Of a stretch of 64,000 bases of DNA, positions 24,767 through 37,065 are shown piece after piece. The position numbers and the translations under genes were made by a program. Source of the stretch: Mobula hypostoma. Its lineage: Eukaryota. The first letter of the stretch is position 1. Every line of letters starts with the position of its first letter. Location of the stretch: assembly GCF_963921235.1 (NCBI RefSeq), contig NC_086105.1, positions 14,198,001 to 14,262,000 on the forward strand, given 5' to 3'. The notes below the pieces were generated by a model. It did not search any database. It was not told the origin of the DNA and saw only the letters and a list, made by a program, of their open reading frames with translations.

Positions 24767-25136
24767 ACTTACTGGTAAACAGTTTTTGTGCATTGAGAAA
24801 CAGACTAAGTTTCTGCAGACGCTGCCTGATCTCCTGAGTATTTCTAACATTCTCCCATTTCCAGCATTTACATTTTATCTGCTTTTATTTACTGATTCAC
24901 TATTGTTCCACCTTTAATCTTTCCAAATAATTCATTTTGTATTTCATTCCTTAAGGTATATTGGCTCTTGAAAAGGTTAAAAAGACAAAAGTACTGTGGG
25001 TGACTTGGAATGCAACTCCACTTAAAATTCCCTGCACTGATTGTTAGTTACGTGCAGGTCTAGAAGTACACAAAGCAGGAAATCTGTCTTTTGTGGAAAT
25101 TCAGGGGACTAGAAAAAAAGGAATGTGGAGCTGTAT

Positions 25137-25698
25137 GTGTTCATACATCGTCGACATCGATGAGGACCTCAACACCATTATGATGGTTTCGAGACTAGTG
25201 CGTGATTTGGATTTAAGTGAGGGAGAGTTGCACAGCGTCAGCCTCTCTCTCTCTTCCCAATTCCCATCTGGATCCAGTGGCAAGACAGAGTCTAGACGGC
25301 TGGAGATGGGACTAGATGCAGTGGATGACCAGGACGTCTTCTGTGTCTTGTCCTGCTCTACACATTCCACAATGCATGCAGAGACCGCCTTCTTGACCGT
25401 TGGACCTTCCGCTGGTCTCGTCCACTCAATCCGCCGGAGTCTGTCTTCACATGCTGGGATAGACATCTCCCTACCTCACCGAGGGTTTGAGACCCATCGG
25501 CTACCCTCACCTGGTTTAGCCGGCTTGTCGAAGCCGTTGTCCGGGGTGTGGCCACTGTCGCATGCAAACAGCTACAGGGAGCCACAGGTGAGAGCTGAGT
25601 GCCAGGTGGGGACCAAAGGTGGACTAACTGCCTTGAAAAGGACGCGACATGTTCCCCCACCAGAAGTGCTACCCCTCCCTGACACTCTATACACCCCA
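25137..25698 (-). mobile_element. Non-autonomous RTE-type retroelement/SINE, full length with TSD
   Basis: CpG-rich 562-bp insert flanked by a direct repeat GAGCTGTAT (25128-25136 and 25699-25707). The minus strand starts GGGGTGT. Resembles RTE 5'UTR-derived SINEs (recollection, not searched). Confidence 0.75.
25506..25697 (-). ncRNA. HDV-like self-cleaving ribozyme at the 5' end of the RTE-type element
   Basis: P1 GGGGUGU(25697-25691)/ACACCCC(25549-25543); P2 CUCACCUG(25592-25585)/CAGGUGAG(25513-25506); P3 GGC(25583-25581)/GCC(25552-25550); L3 starts UCC and can form P1.1 with GG (25542-25541); P4 CGGCUU-cgac-AAGCCG; J4/2 GCUAA with putative catalytic C at 25519. Confidence 0.75.
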
Positions 25699-26545
25699 GA
25701 GCTGTATACTCAGGGCAAATAAAGCTAACTCCCTGTTTATGAGGTACGAGTGACCCACTTCTGCATTTTATGTGCAGTGCAGAGCAGTATCCCGTGGAAT
25801 GGGCAGAGAAAGGCACCCTGAGTGGGAAAGTTGATAGGCACAATGATGAATAAATTTCTCATGCAGAATTTCCCCATGGGTGATATCAGAATGTTGCAAG
25901 CAATGTTTTCCCATTTTTGCGCTTACTTTTCCATTATTTACACCCACATTTCCTGCCAAATTTTAGTGTAGGCTGAAAAATAAAAATTACCGCAAATGAT
26001 CAGGACCTTCATAAAAGAACAAAATTCACACCATAAACTTCACGTGTGAAAATTAGAAATGTCATCCATTGTTCGTTCCCACACACAAAGCACAGCATGT
26101 TTCAGAAAATGCAATCGTTTAGGCTTTTCAATGTTTATAGAGCATAATTTTGCATTATAAATATATTCAATGAAACCAACTATCAAGTCTTTTGAGCTAC
26201 TTAACCCGAAACGCTGTGTGATATTTCTCAAGTGAATGGAACCCTTGTGAAACCATAATCCATTGTTTGTATTATCAACATTCTGACTCAAGGTTCCAGG
26301 AAATCTGACATTAAAGAAGTTGCACAACTCATCGTTTTCTTCCAACTTTGATAATTAAAAACATCCTCAATTTCAAGTGTGTTTTTTCATTCTTTTCTTT
26401 CTATAACATTGCCTAACCTATTTCAATTTATTTTTGATGTTTAAATTATTCATATGCATCCATCAGTTTCAAAACAACAGAGGCCAACTGTTTTCGCTCA
26501 ATATTAGCATTCTTCCATCATGTATACCAAACTCTCTAACTAAAC

Positions 26546-26627
26546 TAGGGAGTTCCCATGCTGGGGCCCACGAACCTCTCGATTAAGAGTAGGGGGTCCA
26601 TAGCATAAAAAGGATTGGGAAATCCTG
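26546..26627. mobile_element. Small hAT-like MITE
   Basis: Imperfect caggg.ttccc-type terminal inverted repeats; related partial copy at 46700-46755. Confidence 0.45.
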
Positions 26628-27369
26628 AAGTAAACAATCTATCCATTTACACTAATTTGAAAGAATAAATCTGGATGGATGTGTATAATGAACAAAGTTG
26701 TCCAAGCGCCACAAGAATGAAAACTTCTAACCCTTTCATTAAATAAGATAGGAAACAAAAACCAGTATTAATAAATGCATGAAAGTGTATACATGCTCTA
26801 TATATTATATATGCTATCACTATTGTAGTTTACATTTTAAGAATAAAGAAGAAAATTGCAATTAAATTATTATTTTGTTCCCTGCTGTGTCTAACATTCT
26901 GGACTGACATATGCATCTTTTTGAACTAGTATAATTTTTTAAAAAACTCTGACATATGTGGCATTTTGATGCAGTTTATTTCTATTTTCCCTTTAACAGA
27001 AAAAACTTGCTTCATTCCCTGTTTGCATGCTTCAGCATAAGTGTCGTGAAAATTCTTTCCGCCCATGATTTTCCAATCCAGCAATCTGAACATAAGTGTG
27101 CCAAAGAGATTAATCTTTCACTTCAGTTAACTCACAAGACAACTGAGAATTGTCTGGATCATGAACCTATCAGAAGTTTATTTTGAATGTCTGGACGAGC
27201 AATCAATCATACTGTGAGCTGTGATCAGCTGAGGAGAAGTAGTAATTGAGTTATAAATCTTCTTCAGTTAAATACTCACAAGAGTTATACTGGAGCATTA
27301 CCAAAGAAAATTTGACATCAAGGCACATTGAGATTTTTGGGGAGGTGACTAAAAAGGATATTTTTAAGG

Positions 27370-27917
27370 GCATGTCAGTCCATGGCCTCCTCTACTGCTG
27401 TGATGAGACCACACTCAGGTTAGAGAAGCAACACCTTATATTCCATCTGGGTAATCTCCAACCTGATGGCATGAACATCGATTTCTCAAACGGCAGTAAT
27501 TGCCTTTCCCCTGCTCCCCTTCACCATTCCCCGTTCCAGTTTTCCTCTTTCACCTTGTCTCTTTACCTGCCCATCACCTCTCTCTGGTGCTTCTCCCCCT
27601 TCCCTTTCTTCCATGGTCCTCTGTACTCTTCTATCAGATTCCCTCTTCTCCAGCCCTTTATCTCTTTCACCAATCAATTTCACCCCTCCCTCTGCTCTCA
27701 GTTTCACCTATCACCTACCACCTTGTACTTCTTCCTCCCCTCCCCCCAACTTCTCCCTCTGACCTCTCACCTTTCTTTCTAGTCCCGATGAAGGGTCTCA
27801 GCCCAAAACCTTGACTGTCTACTCTTTTCCATGGATGTTGCCTGATCTGCTGTGTTCCTCAACCATTTTATGGATGTTGCTTGGATTCTCAGCATCTGCC
27901 AATTTTCTCATGTTTGA
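27370..27917 (+). mobile_element. Penelope 3' fragment with TSD
   Basis: MSVHGLLYC...LGNLQPDGMNIDFS; TSD ATTTTTAAGG at 27360-27369 and 27918-27927. Confidence 0.85.
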
Positions 27918-28289
27918 ATTTTTAAGGAGCAATTTAAAGGAGGAAAGTATATCAGGAGGATTTGCCCAACAAATTTCAAGGCCAGCATATATTGTTCTTC
28001 CTTGATAGCATAAGTACTCTCTACACAATCATTTTCTTCTCCTTTTGGCTCCTAACATACAGTTAATTAGAATCATTTCTCACCTGTACGCAAATGCTCG
28101 GAAATTTGGCCTGATGGTGACCACTTTACATCAACCTCTACAGATTGGAACAGGTGCTTCCAAGCAATATTAATCCTTGTTGCCGATTGCTGTTCTTGGT
28201 CAGGTAACTCAAACAGGGGCATCCAAGCATGTTTGGCAGCAGAAACCAATATTTAAAATTTGTTCATGATTTTCTATATCTGGACATTG

Positions 28290-29690
28290 CCAGCAAGACC
28301 TTTATTGCCCGTCCCTAAATGCTCTTGAGAAAATGGGATACTGGAACCCCAGCAGACATTCCGGTAGGGTAAGGAATTTGCAGATTTAGACTGTCCAGGA
28401 TTCTATTTTCATATCATGATTGTGTGCACCTTGGAGAGGGACGTGTGAGTGGTGGTGGACCCATGACATTCATGATGGTGGAAGCTGTCAGACTGTCCAA
28501 GCAAGTAAATAGTGCATATTACCAGCATTGCATCAAAGTAGTAGAAGGAATGTATGTTTTGGATGGTGAACGGGGTTCCATTAAGCAAGCTGCTTTAACC
28601 TGTATGACGTTAAGCTTCCTGAATGTAGAAGATGTCCTCTCCCAGGCAAGTGAACAGTATTCCATCACTCTTCTTGCAGATAGTGGAAAGGCTTTGGGAA
28701 TTAGGAAATGGGGCAATTGCTGGGTTACTGAGCTATCTTTGTAGCCATTCTATTTGTGTGACTGGTCTACCCGAATTTCTGTTTAGTGGTGAACCCATGT
28801 TATTGCCGGTGGGGAAATTCGATGATGGTAATACCATTGAAAGCCAAGGGACATGGTTATATTCTGTCTTGATGGAGAAGATTATCCTCCGGCACCAATG
28901 TTACCTGCCAATGATCATAAACATGAAAATGTCTGCAGATGCCAGAAATCCAGAGCAACACACACAAAATTCTGAAGGAACTCAGCAGGTCAGGCAACAT
29001 CTGTGGAAATGAATAAATAGTCGACATTTTGGGCTAAGACTTTTCTTCAGGACTGAGAGGGAAGGGGGAAGATGCCAGAATTGAAAGGTGGTGTGAGGGG
29101 AAGGAGGCTAGCTGGAAGGTGATAGGTGAAGCCAGCTGGATAGGAAAGGTCAGGTGCTGGAGAAGAAGGAATCTGAAAGGAGAGGAGAGTGGACAATAGG
29201 ACAATTACCATTTTGTTAAATTGCCAAGGCCTGGCTGCAAGGAGCAAACATCCCTTCTTCTGACAGAAGGGAATGAAGGCCATTTATGCAACAGGTGAAG
29301 ATAATTAGGCCTAAGACTTGGCCTTGAGGAACTCTGCAATGAAAATACTGCGGTTGCTGACTTCAAATGAAAATACTATTTCTGTTTGTGTCAAATGAGA
29401 CTTCAACAATTGGGGTATCTTCCACTGAAGCCCACAGATTTGAATTTTATTAGGTCTTCTTCAATCTCTCAAAGCATTCTCCACCTCACCTCAACTTTGG
29501 AATTCAACTCTGTGACCTATGCAATAAGATTTGAAGCTGGCTGGTGATGCTGAAACCCAAAGTGAGCAGCTTATCAATAACCTCGTGCTGACAACACTTC
29601 CAGCAATAGCTTCTGTTACTTTGTTGATGACTGAGAGCAGATTAATTGGAGAGTAGCTAGCCAGATTGGATTTCTCCAATCATCTAGCAA
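28290..29690 (-). mobile_element. Degraded CR1/L2-group LINE with nested Penelope tail (about 28918-29200)
   Basis: Minus-strand KSNLASYSPINLLSVINKV and VMEYCSLAW...LNVIQVKAACL remnants. Confidence 0.6.
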
Positions 29691-29979
29691 TGAATGGCAC
29701 AAAATCATCAAAAAAATTAACACCAAATGATAATTCCCCACAAAAAACAAGGAGGGTATGTGTAAATACACTATAGAGTATGTTAAGGTATGATATTCTG
29801 GCCCAGAAATTATAGTGTACAGGTGATGACTTTTGCACCAACCAGCATTGTGCATTTTCTTTCACACAACGCTAAACATCCCAGACCAAGGGCGTGTCTG
29901 GAGATTCAAGGGGAATGCAGCGTAGGCTGCTGGAGGCCTAATTAGAGGTGGGTTAATTCTACAATTCCTTCACATCCAT

Positions 29980-30485
29980 TTGAGAGAGTATTCTAACTGG
30001 CTTCAGCACTATCTGGAATGGGGGCTGGGCAGTGGCTACTGCAATGGAATTAAATAAGCTGCAGGGAGTTGTAAACTTAGTCTGCTCCATCATGGGCTCT
30101 AGTCTCCATAGTATCTAGCACATCTTCAAGGTGCGAGGCCTCAAAAAGGAGGTTCTCCATTAGTAAGGACTCCCACCACCCAGGACATGCCATCTTCTTA
30201 TTGCTACCATCAGGAAGGAGGTACAGGAGCCTGAAGACACACATTCAATGATTCAGGAACAGCATTTTCTTCTCTGCCATCTGATTAATGAATGGACATT
30301 GAACCTATGAAAACTACCTCACGACTTCTTTATTTCTGCTTTTGACTGCATATTTAATTTAACTATTTGCTATAATAAACTGTAATTCACATTTTCTTCT
30401 CTATTATTATGTATTGCATTGTACTGTTGCGGCAAAGACAACAAATTTCATGATATATGGCGCTGATATTACACCTGATTCTGAA
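29980..30485 (+). mobile_element. Rex1/Babar LINE 3' end
   Basis: gagagtattctaactggc...ccatcaggaaggaggtacaggagcctga...cctgattctga tail. Confidence 0.8.
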
Positions 30486-30599
30486 TTTTTCTCCAGGTAA
30501 GTATTGTGAAGTTTAAAGCCTTGTTTTCCATTCCTGCACCATACTCTGTTCCTGAGCACAGCCCTACACTATTCCATCAAATTATTCTGAAAGCAAACC

Positions 30600-31160
30600 A
30601 GACCATTTGGAAAATTTATTATCATATTGACAGGAAGTTGGGGTCCAGATAAAAAATTCATACCATTAATAAGTTGGGATCCAGAAAAAAAATTCATACC
30701 ATTAATAAGATTTTCCTACCTTCATAACAAGATCTAATGCGTCCATAGCTTTATCTACTCTGCTTCTGAATTATCTCTCATGCTTTTGTTACCACTTGAT
30801 TATTCCAACATAATCTTGGCCGAACTACCCCATTCCGTGGTTGGTAAATATGAGATAATTCAAAATCCTGTTGTCCAAGTAGTAATTCCACCATGTATTC
30901 ATTCTGTACTTGCTGCTGTACATGGGTCCCTAGCCAAACAACAGGTTGAATTAAAAATTCTCATTTTTCACTCATATCATTCTCTCTGTGTCAATGATGT
31001 CCTCCAGCCTCGCAAGTCTAGCTCCTCTGAATTCCCCAAGCAATTTTAACACCACACAATTTAAACTGTGAAATTTTCTTCCTTAATCCCTTTGCTTTTT
31101 TGGCTTTCTCTCTCTTTCAGAGTCATTCCTTAAAACTTTCATCTTTGACCTTTTGGTCAT
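30600..31160 (+). mobile_element. Old L2 LINE 3' fragment containing an about 36-bp tandem duplication (30637-30709)
   Basis: LDYSNIILAELP...IQNPVVQ...IHSVLAAVH..ELKIL matches the L2 C-terminal pattern. Confidence 0.55.
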
Positions 31161-32339
31161 CTGACTCAGTGGAATTGTGAAACATATGCCCCCTTTTTAC
31201 TTAAAGCTGGGCGCAAATTAATCTGTGACATTGTTTCAAAGAAGAACAGAGCATTATATTTGACCCATTGTACAATATTTCCCTGATTCAGTCACAAATA
31301 AATTTGGAGTTTGTCAGATTACTATTGTGGGAACTTGCTTTGCCAAAAACTGCTGGCACAATTCCTATATTGGAAGATGACTCTAATGGTAATTCCATTG
31401 GTTTGAAGTACCTGGGATTGTCTGGAGACTACAAAATGTGCTATGTGAATGCACATCTTTCCTTAATGTCTCCTCTTTGGTACAGTACCCAATTTTGTTT
31501 TATAGTTTGTCTAAAGATAATATACTACATTAAATAGTACTGTATGATTTTGTTGCGATTTGAAACAAATTAAATAGCTGAGCTTTAGATTTAATCCAGA
31601 TGCTTCAAGGTTATTATGGCATGATTGATTGAAAAGTTGTTAATATCTTGTGAAATATAAGTTTATGTTATTGAGTAAATGCTTGAATTTTGTGAGAATT
31701 CAGTCAGTGGAATCATAAACATCAAAATTGTTTGTGTCATGCATTTTATTTTACACTTGTTTTATGGGAAAATTAGTAGACCAGTAAATACATTGCTATA
31801 CATGATGCAACGTTGAACTAGATGAAATCTTGCAAAAATATAGTATTTTCTGCTGTGCATGAGGAAAATTTTCTTTGGAATTACAATTTGCAATGGTAAG
31901 ATAAATATCCCAGTGGATTCACATTTCATTCTGAGGTATATTTAAAATATATATTGATCATTTTTAATCACGCACCAAGCAGGGGCATTTGTTCTGTTTC
32001 CTTATGAATCCTGGAAAATTCTGAGCTACCCTTAAGTAATACAAAGACCATTTATGATCAACAGTGCATGTAAACCAAAATAGTGGTGCAGATTTTATCA
32101 TTAAAATGACAAGGTTTGTTAAAAATAGCCTTTATTTCTCTGAAATTTCCAACATCCAACCATGTGCAGATAAATTTCAAGATAGAGAAGCTACTGTTAA
32201 TACATCCTAATCCTCCACATGAGGTACCATATAACCTTTGCAAAAGGAATAATTTGAATCTTTTCATTTCTAAGGTACTATTCTTGGCATAAATTCTACT
32301 GTCTTGAGTTGATTGGAATATTTTAACAAAATAGCAAGT

Positions 32340-32460
32340 CCTAATTACTACTGAAACTGCTTTTAAGACCTGTAAAGATAATTGTACTTATGTACTATGT
32401 AATAATCTTAGATTAATTGTTCTAAAATTATCTGTATTTTAAATAATAAAATTGTTTTTG
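32340..32460 (+). terminator. Candidate distal polyadenylation region
   Basis: AATAAA at 32445-32450, preceded by a cluster of TGTA motifs and followed by the U-rich ttgtttttg, at the end of a repeat-poor AT-rich block. Confidence 0.35.
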
Positions 32461-33169
32461 GTCCATATTTCAAACCTAATGAAATAATTAATTCTAAATT
32501 TAGAATTTCTCACTTCCTAGTTTACTTTATGTCAGATTACTTTAATATAATTGGCTGGTTGATGTGACATGGCTGTGACTAGACACAAAAATCTTCTGTG
32601 GGAATTGATTAACAAAAACTCAAAGGAACACACACAAAATGCTGGAGGAACTCAGCTAGTTGGGCATCTGCAGATCTTTCTGTGTGTTAACAATAACTCA
32701 TGTTAGGTCTGAGGAGATCCATTTTGCACAGACACTGAAGCTTTATAGTTAATTATCTTCCAAGTCAACAGAAAGCAATATTCCAAAAATCTGGCTATTG
32801 AAGTCAGAACGTGTATTAAGTGAAATGCGTGAGCAATATACACTGCTTAACATGCTATGGTGAAACTGAAGTGTGCTATTAGGATCAGAAGGAAATCTGA
32901 TAAAATCTGTTCAAAATTTAGAAGAGGTTTAATAAGATAAATGGGATAAAAACAACTTTGAGCACTGATAGTTAAACACTGTACAGCAATTGAAAAGAAC
33001 GAATTAAGGAAATATGAGAAATTATTTAATGAGGGGATATAAAAAAAAGCATGCTCTGCTAGAAACTAAACATAATAAGCCCAACAAACAACTCCTGTGT
33101 TGTAACTAAATGTAATTCTAACTTTGCTTCCAAAAGTGTAATACAGTGAGTATAAATGGCTATAGATTA

Positions 33170-33940
33170 CTGGTAAATTGGTTTATTATTGTTACGTGTA
33201 ACTGGGTGGACTGAAAAACTTGTCTTACATACCATCCATACAAAACAGTTCATTACAACAGTGCATTCAGGCAGTATAAGGTAATACAATTACAGAGTGC
33301 AGAAGAAAGTGTAATAGTACAGAGAAACTAGCGTAGATAGACAGTGAGGTGCAAGTCACAACAAGATAGATTGTGAGGTCAAGATTCCATCTTATCATAC
33401 TAGGGACCCAATCAGTAGTCTTATAACAGTGGGATAGAAGCTGTCCTTGACCCTTGCTTGCAGGGCTTTTTATTTTCTGCCCGATGGGAGAGGGGAGAAG
33501 AGAGGATGTTCGAGGAGGGTGTGGTCTTTGATTATGTTGGCTTCTTTACCCAGACAGGGAAAAGTGAGTCTACTGAGGCTGGTTTCTGTGATGTCCTGAG
33601 CTGTGTTTGCAACTCTCTGCAGTATCTTCTAGTCTTGGGCAGTACAGTTGCCATACCAAGCTATGGTGAATCTAGATAAGATGCTTTCTATGTTATAGGG
33701 ATTAAAATTGATGAGTGTCAAAGGGTACATGCCAAATTTCATTAGCCTACCGAGAAAGCAGAGGCATTGGAGAACTTTTTTTTGCCATAGAGTCGATGCT
33801 GTTGGAGCAGGGTAGGCTATTGGTGATGCTCACTCCTTGGAACTTGAAACTCTCAACCCTCCCAATTGCAGCACCGCTATTGTAAATGGCAGACTGTGCA
33901 CTGGCCACTTCCCCACCCCTTCATGAAGTCAATGACCCAC
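33170..33940 (-). mobile_element. Rex1/Babar LINE 3' part
   Basis: tttattattgt tail, gggatagaagctgtcc, and aagtcaatgac (minus-strand VIDF) remnants. Confidence 0.7.
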
Positions 33941-33954
33941 CTCTCTCCAACACT

Positions 33955-36365
33955 TAGTTCCAAGGGTTTAGATGGGGCAGAATTTGTTAAGTGTGTCCAG
34001 GATGGATTCCTGTCACAGTATGTGGACAGGCCGACCAGGGGGAATGCCATACTGGATCTAGTACTAGGTAATGAACCGGGTCAGGTCACAGATCTCTCAG
34101 TGGGTGAACATCTGGGGGACAGTGACCACCGCTCCCTGGCCTTTATAATTATCATGGAAAAGGATAGAATCAAAGAGGACAGGAAAATTTTTAATTGGGG
34201 AAAGGCAAATTATGAGGCTATAAGGCTAGAACTTGCGGGTGTGAATTGGGATGATGTTTTTGCAGGGAAATGTACTATGGACATGTGGTCGATGTTTAGA
34301 GATCTCTTGTGGGATGTAAAGGATAAATTTGTCCCGGTGAGGAAGATAAAGAATGGTAGGGTGAAGGAACCATGGGTGACAAGTGAGGTGGAAAATCTAG
34401 TCAGGTGGAAGAAGGCAGCATACATGAGGTTTAGGAAGGAAGGATCAGATGGGTCTATTGAGGAATATAGGGAAGCAAGAAAGGAGCTTAAGAAGGGGCT
34501 GAGAAGAGCAAGAAGGGGGCATGAGAAGGCCTTGGTGAGTAGGGTAAAGGAAAACCCCAAGGCATTCCTCAATTATGTGAAGAAAAAAAGGATGACAGGA
34601 GTGAAGGTAGGACCGATTAGAGATAAAGGTGGGAAGATGTGCCTGGAGGCTGTGGAAGTGAGCGAGGTCCTGAATGAATACTTCTCCTCGGTATTCACCA
34701 ATGAGAGGGAACTTGATGATGGTGAGGACAATATGAGTGAGGTTGATGTTCTGGAGCATGTTGATATTAAGGGAGCGGAGGTGTTGGAGTTGTTAAAATA
34801 CTTTAGGACAGATAAGTCCCCGGGACCTGACGGAATATTCCCCAGGCTGCTCCACGAGGCGAGAGAAGAGATTGCTGAGCCTCTGGCTAGGAACTTTATG
34901 TCCTCATTGTCCACGGGAATGGTACCGGAGGATTGGAGGGAGGTGAATGTTGTTCCCTTGTTCAAAAAAGGTAGTAGGGATAGTCCGGGTAATTATAGAC
35001 CAGTGAGCCTTACGTCTGTAGTGGGAAAGCTGTTGGAAAAGATTCTTAGAGATAGGATCTATAGGCATTTAGAGAATCATGGTCTGATCAGGGACAGTCA
35101 GCATGGCTTTGTGAAGGGCAGATCGTGTCTAACAAGACTGATAGAGTTCTTTGAGGAGGTGACCAGGCATATAGATGAGGGTAGTGCAGTGGATGTGATC
35201 TATATAGATTTTAGTAAGGTATTTGACAAGGTTCCACATGATAGGCTTATTCAGAAAGTTAGAAGGCATGGGATCCAGGGAAGTTTGGCCAGGTGGATTC
35301 AGAATTGGCTTGCCTGCAGAAGGCAGAGGGTTGTGGTGGAGGGAGTACATTCAGATTGGAGGATTGTGACTAGTGGTGTCCCACAAGGATCTGTTCTGGG
35401 ACCTCTACTTTTCATGATCTTTATTAACGACCTGGATGTGGGGGTAGAAGGGTAGGTTGGCAAGTTTGCAGATGACACAAAGGTTGGTGGTGTTGTAGAT
35501 AGTATAGAGGATTGTCGAAGATTGCAGAGAGACATTGATAGAATGCAGAAGTGGGCTGAGAAGTGGCAGATGGAGTTCAACCCGGAGAAGTGTGAGGTGG
35601 TACACTTTGGAAGGACAAACTCCAAGGCAGAGTACAAAGTAAATGGCAGGGTACTTGGTAGTGTGGAGGAGCAGAGGGATCTCGGGGTACATGTTCACAG
35701 ATCCCTGAAAGTTGCCTCACAGGTGGATAGGGTAGTTAAGAAAGCTTATGGGGTGTTAGCTTTCATAAGTTGAGAGATAGAGTTTAAGAGTCGCGATGTA
35801 ATGATGCAGCTCTATAAAACTCTGGTTAGACCACACTTGGAGTACTGTGTCCAGTTCTGGTCACCTCACTATAGGATGGATGTGGAAGCATTGGAAAAGG
35901 GTACAGAGGAGATTTACCAGGATGCTGCCTGGTTTAGAAAGTATGCATTATGATCAGAGATTAAGGGAGCTAGGGCTTTACTCTTTGGAGAGAAGGAGGA
36001 TGAGAGGAGACATGATAGAGATGTACAAGATAATAAGAGGAATAGATAGAGTGGATAGCCAACGCCTCTTCCCCAGGGCACCACTGCTCAATACAAGAGG
36101 ACATGGCTTTAAGGTAAGGGGTGGGAAGTTCAAGGGGGATATTAGAGGAAGGTTTTTTTACTCAGAGAGTGGCTGGTGTGTGGAATACACTGCCTGAGTC
36201 AGTGGTGGAGGCAGATACACTAGTGAAGTTTAAGAGACTACTAGACAGGTATATGGAGGAATCTAAGGTGGGGGCTTATATGGGAGGCAGGGTTTGAGGG
36301 TCGACACAACATTGTGGGCCGAAGGGCCTGTACTGTGCTGTACTATTCTATGTTCTATGTTATAT
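33955..36365 (+). mobile_element. CR1 LINE, 5'-truncated ORF2 (endonuclease end plus RT), young
   Basis: [45 protein letters not shown] and [10 protein letters not shown] motifs; premature TAG at 35453-35455; ttctatgttctatg tail. Confidence 0.95.
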
Positions 36366-36407
36366 GTTCCTCTGGCAGTTTATCTCTTAAAGAGTCATCG
36401 AATGATA

Positions 36408-37065
36408 CAAGTCAAGTCAATTCACTTTTTATTGTCATTTCAACCATAACTGCTGGTACAGAACATAGTAAAAATGAGACAGTATTTTCCAGGACCATGG
36501 TGCTACATGAAACAATACAAACACTACACTGAACTACATAAGAAAAAACACAAAAACTACACTAGACTACAGTCCTATCCAGGACTGCATAAAGTGCACA
36601 AAACAGCGCAGGCAGTACAATAAATAGTAATAAATAATAAACAAGACAGTAGGCACAGTAGGGGGCAGTAGGTTGGTGTCAGTCCAGGCTCTGGGTATTG
36701 AGGATTCTGATGGCTTGGGGAAAGAAACTGTTAATGAGTCTGGTCACGAGAGCCCGAATGCTTTGGTGCCTTTTGCCAGATGGCAGGAGGGAGAAGAATT
36801 TGTATGAGGGGTGCGTGGGGTCCTTCATAATGCTGTTTGCTTTGCGGATGCAACGTGTGGTGTAAATGTCTGTGATGGCGGGAAGAGAGACCCCGATGAT
36901 CTTCTCAGCTGACCTCACTACCCGCTGCAGGGTCTTGCGATTCGAGATGGTGCAATTTCCGAACCAGTGATGCAGCTGCTCAGGATGCTCTCAGTACAAC
37001 CGCTGGAGAATGCTGTGAGGATGGGGGGTGGGAGATGGACTTTTCTCAGCCTTCGCAGAAAGTAG
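36408..37065 (-). mobile_element. Rex1/Babar LINE 3' end
   Basis: RSAEKIIG...KDPTHP..FSLLPSGKR motif; (caagt)n tail. Confidence 0.88.

Noticed and set aside
25093-25722. 209-aa plus-strand ORF and overlapping minus-strand ORFs as a novel protein gene
   Set aside because: Lies almost entirely within a GC-rich TSD-flanked retroelement, has no recognisable domain, and is better explained by RNA structure.
33866-35455. 529-aa ORF as a host gene or active retrotransposon
   Set aside because: 5'-truncated CR1 ORF2; the start lies in flanking repeat sequence and a premature stop falls just before the FADD motif.
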